DNA from: Candidatus Aenigmatarchaeota archaeon
GTDB taxonomy: Archaea > Aenigmatarchaeota > Aenigmatarchaeia > Aenigmatarchaeales > JACQIB01
DNA length: 64,000 bases
Direction: 5' to 3'
Assembly (NCBI GenBank): GCA_016198755.1
Contig: JACQIB010000001.1
Location: 129,178-193,177 of the forward strand
Part shown: positions 55,100 to 64,000 of the stretch, one piece after another
Position numbering within the stretch: the first letter of the stretch is position 1
Layout: every line of letters starts with the position of its first letter
Translations under genes and position numbers: made by a program
Notes under the pieces: generated by a model
What the model saw: the letters and a program-made list of their open reading frames with translations, nothing else
What the model was told of the DNA's origin: nothing
The model's database searches: none

Positions 55100-55375
55100 G
55101 TGGAAGAATATTCTGTTCTCTATATGCCTAAAGCAGAAAACGCTATAGATAAACACACAAGGAAGAACATCCACCAGAGAAGAATAATAGATAAAAAGCT
55201 TGATAAAATAAAGCTTAACCCATATTCTTATGGGGAACCCCTCAGAGGGGATTTGAAAGGAAAATACAGCGTACATATAGATACCCACTTTATTCTTATT
55301 TACAGCGTGGACGAGAAAGTGCACAGCATTATAATAGAAGGATACGGGAAGCACGACAAAGAATATAATATCTAA
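55100..55375 (+). CDS. RelE/YafQ-like toxin
   Basis: GTG start; KKLDKIKLNP...EPLRGDLKGKYSVHI..HFILIY...YGKHD. Confidence 0.85.
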   Translation: MEEYSVLYMPKAENAIDKHTRKNIHQRRIIDKKLDKIKLNPYSYGEPLRGDLKGKYSVHIDTHFILIYSVDEKVHSIIIEGYGKHDKEYNI

Positions 55376-55415
55376 GTCCGAAATTTTATTTGCTTTAGAA
55401 ACTTAAAAATCACAA

Positions 55416-58400
55416 CTAGCGTTTTGTTTTCGAAGGTTTATCTCTTAAGTTTAAATTCATAATACGGACAGAATTATCTTTCTGTTTTCTGGCTGCATCT
55501 GCAAACCTTCTCACATCCTGCTTAAGCAGATCGTCATTTATATACAGTTCGTTGTCAGAGCCGGCACGTTGCAAAACAACCACATATTTGTATTTATCGC
55601 CAAATATTGACTCTGGTGGTTGCGGTGGGTTTTTGCCTGTGAAATTTTCGGAGAATACGATATCGTATCTATTTGCACCCAACACATCTAAAACACCTTC
55701 CACAATCTTTCCTATAACATCTTTTCCACCCTTGTTTTTTCTTAATATTGTAAGGCGGTTATTAACATCTTCAGCAGCAATGTGGCTTGTTGTCTGAGTA
55801 TCCAAAAACCCTGTAGCCGGCAAAGAAAACACCTTTTCTGAATCAGAAAGTTTTATTGAGCCTTTCTGCGGATTAGTTAAAGTCCTTTTTCCCTGAGCAT
55901 CATACTTGACAAATGTTATTGAAAACTTTTCTGTTCCATCCGACTGTTTAACAGATTCAGGATGTTTCGCGAAATAATCTTTCAACTTTTTGTTAACAAC
56001 TTTGAACTGCAAATCTTTTGCGGTGTCAGGGACAAAAATATACTCTCCAACTCCTAAATCTCCGGAGGAAATTGTATTTTGTTGGGTTTCATATTTCCCA
56101 GTTTTATAATCCATTCCTATATGATATTGCTTTCCATTCAGAGAATAGTAAGCATGCAAATCCAAGTCCGCTTTTTCATTTGAAGCAGGGCCGCTCGCAC
56201 CTCCGAACAATCCCCCGACAAAATTTGAAACAGAGTCTGCTGCATCTCCTGCGGAATCAGCAATTGCTTCCCCTGCATTCTGCGCAGCTTCTCCTGCTTG
56301 TCCAGCTGCATCAGAAACTGCTCCTATCATGTTTGACATAAATTTTGTTTTAATTTCAACTTCTGCTGAGCCATCCACATCAAGATTATTTTTAGTTAGC
56401 ATGAATTGCGCGTTTGTCATGCCTTCATCTATTATATCACCATTATTTTTTAAAGTTCCTGCGATTGTTATCTGATCAATACCACTTGCTAATGTGTTTA
56501 CTTTGTAAACAACAACCGCTGTATCAGGCGCGCCGCGGTCAAAATAAGTTAATGCTGGGTTGCGCGTTCTTGCTTCAACAAAATATCTCGTCCCAATTAT
56601 ATAAGACAATATTGGAGTTGCTCTTGTTGTAAGAACTTTGTTGGCTTTGTTAGCCTGTTGCAGAGAATATTTTCCATCTTTCAATTTCACATCTTCACTA
56701 CTCCAACCGGCTTTTATTCTTGTGAAGGCGTCCATGAGAGGCGGAAAATTATCTCCAAGTTCATAAGTACTATACATAACACCCCAACTTCTGATATTAC
56801 TCTCTCCAAATAGAGTCGGTTGCCCAGCAAGGCTGGCAGGATAGAGCTCCATAGTCTGTCCCAATGAGTGTCCGAGTTCATGTGAAGGGACTCCCATACT
56901 ACTATATTCTCTGATTAGCATATCACCATCAAAGCCAGTGAAACCATAACCCATTTCCATAATTTTACCTGCAGCGCCGTCACGTGGCAACACGACTATT
57001 ATTTTACCTTCAGTGCCTGTAAAACTTCCCCTTGTTTCTCCGGTTGCCGCTTCTATGGCATCTGCTACCAAAAGTGGAATAAGGCCCACACTGGCGCCAT
57101 GTAGTGGATTCTGGGCAACATAAACCCATTTTCCATTGTTATCGAAAATTTTCCAGGTAAATCCAACTCTTCCATTTGAAGCTTCGTGATAATATTTATT
57201 CGTTCGTGAAAAAAGAATATTTTCATATTCATACTTATCCCAGCCGTCGCAGTCATCGTTTTCTCCGTAGCCTGTGAATCCATCTCCGTCCCTATCGCGA
57301 CCATCGCCGCATCTTATTGGTTTTATATTATCATACAAAGCCAGCACGACCCCAACCTTTATTGTTTTTTGCGCTGACCATTCTGCAACATTTATTTTTA
57401 TTTTTCCTTTATATTCACCGTCAACCGCCATTGAAATGTTATGTTCACCTTCTGCAAAGTACCTGTATATTCCATCGCTATCAAAAACTCTTGTTATCTC
57501 TTTGTCTATACCGAGTGCAGTCAATTCTTTTTTATAATTATTTTTGATCAAAAGTCTTCCGAGGCTTTCTCTGGAAATAGAAGAGCCGTCTATAGGTAGA
57601 GTTATTGAAATATTTTCTATTTTATCTCCATCATCAAATGTGAAATATAAGGAAAAGTTTCTATCAAAATCTTCTGGTATAATAAACTCCCGTTCTCCGA
57701 TGCCAGATCCAAAAAAGTCTGACCCAATTTTTACAGCAGATCCATCTCTCCTTGTATAAGAAGCTGAAAGATATATGATTCCTTCTGAATAGCCGCTTGA
57801 ATTTGTTCTCAAATAAAGTTTGTCTCCTGCTTTCACGTTCATTGCCGGAGAGATATAATTTTTATCTTTAGAAGCCTCTATCTTCATTGATGGAATCCGA
57901 ACGACATAGCTTCTAAAAGGAAGTGGCATGATAATTTTATATTTCTTCCCGTTCCACTCATCAAACCACTCAACTTTTTTTCCAGAAACATTTCCAACAG
58001 GCTCGAACCAAACCAAATCCCCTTCTTTCACTCCTTCAAGCGCGCCGTCTTTGCTTTCAGTTAATACCCAGTCATCTTTGCGGAAGGAGGCTTTCGGAGT
58101 TATGGGTTCAGAACTTCCCTGTGAACCAATTTGGTCTGGTGATGAACCAGATGATTGACTCTGGTCTGATGGCTGTGCAGAAGATGTAGACAAGGTTTTC
58201 GCTGTTATTATACTTTGCTTCAGGTAAACTCCATTTTTAATAGCACCAACTTCGATATCATAAGATATGCCAGGTTCCAAACCCGCAACAGTGTAATAAA
58301 TGCCTGTAACAGTTGCACTTGAAGCCCAGGAAGGCTCTCCGGTTTTTTTGTTTTTTACAGAATAGGAAGAAGCATCTGGGTATGAATTCCAAAGAAGCGA

Positions 58401-60203
58401 TATAGATGATTCTGTAGTGCTTTCTGTTGCAATCTGCAGTTCTATTGCTGTATATGCGGAAGTTTTGGCAGTTATTGTGCTGCTTGTTTTCAAAACTTTA
58501 TCATAAGGGTCTATTGCATTCAACCTTATATCATAAGACGTGCTGGGCTCCAGATTAAAGAGGGTTGTTGAATATTCAGCCCCGTTAACATACGGAGCAA
58601 ATCCCCACTGTGAGGTACCGCTTTTCTTGTATTCTGCCTTGTAGTAGGATGTTCCATAAACACGGTTCCAGCCCAGCGCTATTGTAGCTGAGGTTGTTGT
58701 TCCTGCCTTGAGAGTCAGGTTTTGTGGAAATGTTTTAACTACCAGCAAATTACTGGTTTTTATTATCTGGCCGCTGGCTATAGCCTCCGCTTTAATATCA
58801 TACGAAGTGTCTGGTATCAGGCCTGAAATAGTATAAATATTTTTGGATTTCGCATCTATTATACCTGCCCACGAATTTGCACCTGTTGTTTTATATCTGA
58901 CATTATAAGAAGCCGCTCCAGACACGTTATTCCAGCTCGGTGTAAGTGCTGTATCTGCTGCTTCAGAAATACTCAAAATTAGTGCCGGAACAGCATCGGT
59001 TTTAACCGTCAGTATGTTGCTTGTTTTCAGTATATATCCATCAGCCTTTCTTGCTTCAACTTTTACATCATAAGAACTATCTCTCTCCAAACCAGTAATT
59101 ATATTCGATCTGTCTGTTATAAAATATTTTTGATTGTAAATCCAATTTGTCATGCTGCTTTTTTTGTAAACAACATAATATTTGTCAGCTCCTTGGTAAA
59201 AGTTCCAATTCAACGGAATTTCTGTCTGGGAAGATGTTCCATTGGAAACTTTGAAATCCTGCGCGGCTGTCTTTACCCATATTTCATTGCTAGTTTTAAT
59301 AATATTACTTCCAATACCAGCGTGTACATGTATTTGATACGAAGTTTCGGGAAGCAAATTTGTTAATACATAGGATTTTGGTATGTAATCTCTGACATAT
59401 GCAACTTTGCTCCATTCGACATCGCTTCCTGATGTGCGCACTTCTATAACATACGAGTCTGCACCTGAATAATTGCTCCATAATATCGGAATTGAAGAAT
59501 ATGTAGGTGTATTTGCTGCGACTTTCAAACCTCCTGCGGTTTCAACTCCCCGTTCTCTGCTTGTCTGCAAGATAGTTCCCCCGGACAAGGCGTGAATCCT
59601 TATGCTGTATGATGTCCCGCGCTCCAAGTTGGAAATTGTATATGAAACATTCGCAGTCTCTTTTTCGACTTTCCAATCAGAACTGCCTTGGTTTTTTTCT
59701 ATCCTATATGAGTCAGCACCCGGATAGGAACCCCAACTTAAAGAGATTGAATTCTCTGTTACAGTATTTATGGTAAATTTGAGCTCTTGTTTAAGTGTTT
59801 TTGCGGTCAGTACACTACTTACTTTTAGAAGTTGGGCGGTTTGTTGTTTTTTTGCTTCTGAAAAAGCTGTTACCCTGAAATCATAAGAAGTGTCGGCTTT
59901 CAGGCGTTCAATTTTAATGTGTCTCTCAGTCACGTTTTTATCTGAAATCCATGCTGTATCAGACGATTTTTTGTATTCCACACCATACGAGCCAACCCTG
60001 TTTACGCCGTCATTGTACTCCCCCCATTTTATTTCTATCGAATCTGATGTTACAATGCCGGTTGAAACCGTAAAATTATCAGATTTTGTCTGAAATCCCG
60101 TAGGAAACTCTGCGGAAATGAAAAAAGACCCAGCTACTATTAAAAGTGAAAAAATCAGCGGAGCAACTCTGCCAAGAAAGGAATTTGACGGCATTTCAAC
60201 CAT
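55416..60203 (-). CDS. Large secreted protein: seven fibronectin type III repeats plus an M6 (immune inhibitor A-like) metalloprotease domain
   Basis: N-terminal hydrophobic signal, seven W...Y...L.P.TSY.I repeats, Ser/Gln linker, YYHEASNG, SHELGHSLG, WGVM, PP.MDAFTRIKAGW, YFVEAR. Confidence 0.88.
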   Translation of the reverse strand: MVEMPSNSFLGRVAPLIFSLLIVAGSFFISAEFPTGFQTKSDNFTVSTGIVTSDSIEIKWGEYNDGVNRVGSYGVEYKKSSDTAWISDKNVTERHIKIERLKADTSYDFRVTAFSEAKKQQTAQLLKVSSVLTAKTLKQELKFTINTVTENSISLSWGSYPGADSYRIEKNQGSSDWKVEKETANVSYTISNLERGTSYSIRIHALSGGTILQTSRERGVETAGGLKVAANTPTYSSIPILWSNYSGADSYVIEVRTSGSDVEWSKVAYVRDYIPKSYVLTNLLPETSYQIHVHAGIGSNIIKTSNEIWVKTAAQDFKVSNGTSSQTEIPLNWNFYQGADKYYVVYKKSSMTNWIYNQKYFITDRSNIITGLERDSSYDVKVEARKADGYILKTSNILTVKTDAVPALILSISEAADTALTPSWNNVSGAASYNVRYKTTGANSWAGIIDAKSKNIYTISGLIPDTSYDIKAEAIASGQIIKTSNLLVVKTFPQNLTLKAGTTTSATIALGWNRVYGTSYYKAEYKKSGTSQWGFAPYVNGAEYSTTLFNLEPSTSYDIRLNAIDPYDKVLKTSSTITAKTSAYTAIELQIATESTTESSISLLWNSYPDASSYSVKNKKTGEPSWASSATVTGIYYTVAGLEPGISYDIEVGAIKNGVYLKQSIITAKTLSTSSAQPSDQSQSSGSSPDQIGSQGSSEPITPKASFRKDDWVLTESKDGALEGVKEGDLVWFEPVGNVSGKKVEWFDEWNGKKYKIIMPLPFRSYVVRIPSMKIEASKDKNYISPAMNVKAGDKLYLRTNSSGYSEGIIYLSASYTRRDGSAVKIGSDFFGSGIGEREFIIPEDFDRNFSLYFTFDDGDKIENISITLPIDGSSISRESLGRLLIKNNYKKELTALGIDKEITRVFDSDGIYRYFAEGEHNISMAVDGEYKGKIKINVAEWSAQKTIKVGVVLALYDNIKPIRCGDGRDRDGDGFTGYGENDDCDGWDKYEYENILFSRTNKYYHEASNGRVGFTWKIFDNNGKWVYVAQNPLHGASVGLIPLLVADAIEAATGETRGSFTGTEGKIIVVLPRDGAAGKIMEMGYGFTGFDGDMLIREYSSMGVPSHELGHSLGQTMELYPASLAGQPTLFGESNIRSWGVMYSTYELGDNFPPLMDAFTRIKAGWSSEDVKLKDGKYSLQQANKANKVLTTRATPILSYIIGTRYFVEARTRNPALTYFDRGAPDTAVVVYKVNTLASGIDQITIAGTLKNNGDIIDEGMTNAQFMLTKNNLDVDGSAEVEIKTKFMSNMIGAVSDAAGQAGEAAQNAGEAIADSAGDAADSVSNFVGGLFGGASGPASNEKADLDLHAYYSLNGKQYHIGMDYKTGKYETQQNTISSGDLGVGEYIFVPDTAKDLQFKVVNKKLKDYFAKHPESVKQSDGTEKFSITFVKYDAQGKRTLTNPQKGSIKLSDSEKVFSLPATGFLDTQTTSHIAAEDVNNRLTILRKNKGGKDVIGKIVEGVLDVLGANRYDIVFSENFTGKNPPQPPESIFGDKYKYVVVLQRAGSDNELYINDDLLKQDVRRFADAARKQKDNSVRIMNLNLRDKPSKTKR

Positions 60204-60250
60204 ATGAATTTAGTAAATCTCATATAAATACCCTATATTTTGTTTCTGCC

Positions 60251-61180
60251 CTACTTTCCAAAGAGAAAACCAAAGAAACCGAAAAACTGCTCAAGGAAAC
60301 CTTTCCCTGCCCCCTTACTTTGGGATGTAATTGGTATTCTTTCTATATCAGAAAGTGGAATCCTGTCTATTTTTCCAGAGGAAAGAGTTGTTGTGGTTGG
60401 AATTGTGGTTGTTAGTTTAAAGCCCGGTTCATTTAAAACCGGAAGTCTTACTTCCCTTCCCAAATTTTGCGCAGGCTGTGCAGCCTTTGCTGTATCGCTG
60501 TTATCACTCACAACATTCACCTCATAAACATCCTGTATATTAGACCCATGCTCTACATCCCACCCGCCCTTTCCGTTTGAAAAATCAGAATTCACAAGCT
60601 GGTAATTAACCCCATCTATTATAAGCTCAATATTGTCAGCTCTGCTAACATAATCCCATCCATTTCCTGCAACAAGAATCCTGTCTATATGCGTTGGCCT
60701 TCCTTCTGGCAGCTTATCCAAATAGTTAACTATATTCTCAGAAGTAAACTCTCCCCACTCCCCTCTAGGTACAATATTATAATTTTTCAGCCCGTTAGGA
60801 TTTGGCCCAGGTAGGAACCCCCATCTCCATCTCCCATCCTCTGAACTCCCAGAACGGGAGTAGAAAAGATAAATCCCAACCGGATACTCCCCCTCACCAA
60901 TGTTTATATCAGACCACCAGCCGCTCCCTTCAAGTGTATTTGAAATAATCTTTACCCTCGCCTTTACAATAATGCTTGTTGCTCCAGAAATATTCAGCCA
61001 TCCAGCTTTGCATTTAACAGGAGTTTCATGCCCTTCAGGGGAGCAGATAGCCTGCGTTACCCCAATCAGTCCCCCATCCTGCCAAGAATAATCCCTCTTG
61101 AACTCAACTGCTTGGTTCCCCTCAGCCAAAACAAAAGAAGGCAAAACCAGCAGAACAGCAATAATACACACTACTTTCAT
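60251..61180 (-). CDS. Secreted protein with a Trp-rich, possibly carbohydrate-binding beta-sandwich
   Basis: Signal peptide, NSDFSNGKGGW, Thr-rich tail, amphipathic C-terminal FLEQFFGFFGFLF. Confidence 0.7.
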   Translation of the reverse strand: MKVVCIIAVLLVLPSFVLAEGNQAVEFKRDYSWQDGGLIGVTQAICSPEGHETPVKCKAGWLNISGATSIIVKARVKIISNTLEGSGWWSDINIGEGEYPVGIYLFYSRSGSSEDGRWRWGFLPGPNPNGLKNYNIVPRGEWGEFTSENIVNYLDKLPEGRPTHIDRILVAGNGWDYVSRADNIELIIDGVNYQLVNSDFSNGKGGWDVEHGSNIQDVYEVNVVSDNSDTAKAAQPAQNLGREVRLPVLNEPGFKLTTTIPTTTTLSSGKIDRIPLSDIERIPITSQSKGAGKGFLEQFFGFFGFLFGK

Positions 61181-61245
61181 TCAAATTAATACTGAGAGTG
61201 TAGATTTAAACTTTATAAAAAAGCAAAGCCGGATCCCAGAAAAGC

Positions 61246-62358
61246 TTACTTTCCAGCATTTACAGGCACAGAAGGCTTTCCAGCCTGAACAACTGAAGCC
61301 CCTTTCTTTTTCTTCCAGTATCTCCAAATCCCCACCCCAGCCAATGCAATAGCAACCACACCCGCAGCTATTCCCATAGAAAAGTAATCTATCCCCTTCC
61401 CCGTTGTTTTCACATCTATCTCCATTTTAAGCGTTCCAGTACTTGCTTCAGAAACCAAGCCAGCTCCATCCTCAACAGTTAATTTCCAGTCAGCCTTTCC
61501 ACCCACAAACTCATTTGGGTTTATATCCACTGTTATATCCTTGCTTTTCCCATCCAATAATATAGGCTCCTTTTTCTTCCCATTAATCTCCACATTTAAT
61601 TTTGCAAGCAAAAGATTATCAGAAAGTTTTACTTTCAGTATACCAGTCCTGCTCCCAATCTCATAAACCCCCTCAGCTTTCAAAATCTTAGGCTTTTCAG
61701 TATCAACCCCACCAACCTCAAACCCCTGCGGTCCAGTTGTGTTTGATTTTCCAGCAATATCATAGGCTTTCATACTCCATTGTACATTTGTTCCGCCGGG
61801 CGATCCAGCACTCCATGTATACCTAGCTCTTGCTTTTTTCCCGCTCAAATCAATTTTCTCAGTATATGTTTCAGTGTCTGTTATTGTTATGTCCGCATAA
61901 TCCAGCTCAGAATCAGAAACCCAATCCACAGCAATATCCACTCCCTCCCCCTCTTTTGGTATTGAACTTGACTGCTGTATAGAAAGCCATCTAACCCCAG
62001 TTCCAGCAATTGCAGCCGTTCCCCCAGCTATTGTTGTTCCCGTTTCTGCAGATGGCAAATTCCCCTCAAATGTATCCCCAAGTTCAATAACAGAATCTCC
62101 TGCAGTCAAAACACCAACGGAGCTTTCTTTGCTGGCCTGAAGCACAGAACTTCCTTCTGTCAACCCCTCTCCTCCCATATCCACTGTTAAAACAGTTTCT
62201 TCCCCCGCAGTTACAAATCCCGATGTTCCTTCAGAAACCTGAAAACCATGTGAGAGCGCAGATATAGATATAACAGCAAAGAATATTGCCAGATACATTT
62301 CTATTAGCAGATTCCCCTTTCCACCCCTCTTCCTACTATGTTCCCTCCTTCTTGCCAT
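61246..62358 (-). CDS. Membrane-anchored Ig-like domain surface protein
   Basis: N-terminal TM, AYDIAGK / DTEKPKI / VEDGAG Ig-type motifs, C-terminal TM plus WKKKK. Confidence 0.75.
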   Translation of the reverse strand: MARRREHSRKRGGKGNLLIEMYLAIFFAVISISALSHGFQVSEGTSGFVTAGEETVLTVDMGGEGLTEGSSVLQASKESSVGVLTAGDSVIELGDTFEGNLPSAETGTTIAGGTAAIAGTGVRWLSIQQSSSIPKEGEGVDIAVDWVSDSELDYADITITDTETYTEKIDLSGKKARARYTWSAGSPGGTNVQWSMKAYDIAGKSNTTGPQGFEVGGVDTEKPKILKAEGVYEIGSRTGILKVKLSDNLLLAKLNVEINGKKKEPILLDGKSKDITVDINPNEFVGGKADWKLTVEDGAGLVSEASTGTLKMEIDVKTTGKGIDYFSMGIAAGVVAIALAGVGIWRYWKKKKGASVVQAGKPSVPVNAGK

Positions 62359-62589
62359 AGAAAAGACTTGAACCTTTATCTTTATAAAAAGAGCACCACG
62401 TTCCCAAATCAATATACACACCTAAATTCTGATAATTATTTACCCTCCCCCGCGAGTAAAAAAGCCCCAAACCCAGCTTTTTAACCTTTTCCGTTCCATA
62501 TTATCTATGCTCAGTAGTAATACGACAGACAACGTGCAGAGGACGCCTTTTTATTCCCAGAAAACCATTTCTCTTTTGGGGCATTTGGT

Positions 62590-64000
62590 ATGAACAAATT
62601 ATTTTGTATAGTGGCAGCTACCCTCTTCCTTTTAACTATACCAACTATTTCCTTTGCTTTTTCCACGGACAACCAGTGGACCTATCTGGTTGTTCATTCT
62701 GATACAAATACCAGAGAGTATACAAACAGATGGTTTGATTTAGCTTACAATGATAACTGGTGGACACCAATAACAGGCGATGGAATCAAGCCTGTTTATA
62801 CTTCAGGCTCTAATGCTGTTCTGTTAAGGAAAACAATAAACTGGAACGGGGAGGACTTGTGGTTCAGGGGCTGGGAAGGATATGCAGGAACTTGTTATAT
62901 CAACCAAATAAAAGTCGACTCCCAGCATATACACTTATCAGATTATCTAAAGACAGGAAACAATTTAGTTGCCTGTTCAATCTGGGGAAAAGGTGTCACC
63001 TATTGGGAGAATAGGCAGGCTTATTTTTACGGCCAGTTTATTCCTGTTTCTGAAAATCAGTTAGCTTGGAGCAATAGCAATGATTGGGCAAGATGGTTTG
63101 TTAATAACAGGCCCATTAATACAGGAACAGAAGCCAAATTTTATTTCTGTTATGATAATCCACAGGAATCCTATGGTTGTTTCTTGAACTCTGCCTGGCC
63201 ATGGAATAAGGACAAAGGTGTTTCAGGCACAGCTTTTACAAAATCATTTTATCTGGAGAGCCCAGAAGAAAAGAATATTGTTATAGGAGCAAATGTTATG
63301 GTTTCTGGGGGGCAGTACTGCTGGAACAATGGGCAGTGCTGGCCAACCGCCTACTGCAATTTCAATGGGCAACTTATAGGGTTCTATCCAAATACACATG
63401 AAAAATACAATTATAAAGCAGCTGTTTCAGGCAAGGCTGGAATAAACACTATAACCTGCTATGTTCCCACAATTAAAGAGCCAAATCCAGTTAATAACTG
63501 GAGTTCAACTGGGTATAATAAGTTTGATCTTGCTCTTGCCCCAGCCCTGGAAATTCTTGAGTTAACAGAGTACTCTGTTAGTTCAGAGGACCCAACAATA
63601 ACAATTTTGGTTAACGGTGCTGGGAATGCAACAGTTTATGCTGAGTTGTTTGAAAACGGGAAGAGTGTGAGTGTACCTATAGAAGATACTCTGGATTTGA
63701 ACGGGCAAACAGAAGTTCCGTTAACTTTGGAAGTTAACAATACAGGAAAATACTCTGTTAAAATAACAGCCGTTTACAACGAGTATGGGATTAGCAAGAG
63801 CAAGGATTACAACCTGGAAATAACAGAAACCCCAATTGTTCTGCCAATAACTGGAAACCCGTTTGTGCAGGATTCCGGTGGCGGCTCTAACAGCGCAGGA
63901 ACAGATTCTAGTTCTTCTGCAATCCCGCTCGCTGCCGGTTTAGCTGGAGTAGCTGCTGTTGGAGTTGGTTATGCTGCTCTTAGAAACTCCAACAATAGAA
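62590..64000 (+). CDS. Secreted/surface protein with galactose-binding-like domains (runs off window end)
   Basis: Translated by hand: MNKLFCIVAATLFLL signal; W..LAYNDNWW, LLRKT, CYIN, YLKTGNNLVA resemble the glycoside hydrolase sugar-binding domain; late hydrophobic segment; no stop before 64000. Confidence 0.8.
   Translation, partial: MNKLFCIVAATLFLLTIPTISFAFSTDNQWTYLVVHSDTNTREYTNRWFDLAYNDNWWTPITGDGIKPVYTSGSNAVLLRKTINWNGEDLWFRGWEGYAGTCYINQIKVDSQHIHLSDYLKTGNNLVACSIWGKGVTYWENRQAYFYGQFIPVSENQLAWSNSNDWARWFVNNRPINTGTEAKFYFCYDNPQESYGCFLNSAWPWNKDKGVSGTAFTKSFYLESPEEKNIVIGANVMVSGGQYCWNNGQCWPTAYCNFNGQLIGFYPNTHEKYNYKAAVSGKAGINTITCYVPTIKEPNPVNNWSSTGYNKFDLALAPALEILELTEYSVSSEDPTITILVNGAGNATVYAELFENGKSVSVPIEDTLDLNGQTEVPLTLEVNNTGKYSVKITAVYNEYGISKSKDYNLEITETPIVLPITGNPFVQDSGGGSNSAGTDSSSSAIPLAAGLAGVAAVGVGYAALRNSNNR

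Noticed and set aside
58190-60080. Periodic repeats that might be a CRISPR or tandem DNA array
   Set aside because: These are diverged in-frame FN3 protein repeats; no identical DNA repeat-spacer pattern was seen anywhere in the window.
62507-62593. 28-codon ORF overlapping the start of the last gene
   Set aside because: Too short and featureless to support, although the ATGA overlap leaves a leader peptide possible.

Overview
Chromosomal segment of an archaeon, very probably DPANN (inferred from a fused PriS-PriL primase, a degenerate enolase, short intergenic gaps and mostly leaderless TATA promoters; Aenigmarchaeota-like is a guess). Core information genes are rpoB/H/K, eIF2 alpha and gamma, aIF5B, ribosomal proteins S2, S6e, S27e, S28e, L7Ae, L24e and L44e, Nop10, GluRS, GINS, PCNA, an RPA subunit, primase, deoxyhypusine synthase and TrmI. 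Metabolic genes include ahcY, cdd, purA, gdhA, nnr, egsA plus GGGP synthase and a copper-efflux locus. The window also has many orphan ORFs, lipoproteins and large surface proteins, including an FN3x7 plus M6-type protease. RNA genes are a stand-alone 5S rRNA, tRNA-Asp and three tRNAs (Lys, Tyr, Pro) that each carry at least two introns. Four signals stand out: (1) tRNA-Lys and tRNA-Tyr share a homologous two-hairpin intron at T-loop position 59/60, with a compensatory change in the BHB helix; (2) their anticodon introns look like two tandem introns needing ordered splicing; (3) integrase-less toxin-antitoxin cassettes are flanked by duplicated 3' ends of the 5S rRNA and tRNA-Pro genes (possibly also infB); (4) GGGP synthase may start at a non-AUG (ATC) codon. 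No CRISPR array, transposase or integrase was seen. All assignments come from reading motifs by eye, without database searches.
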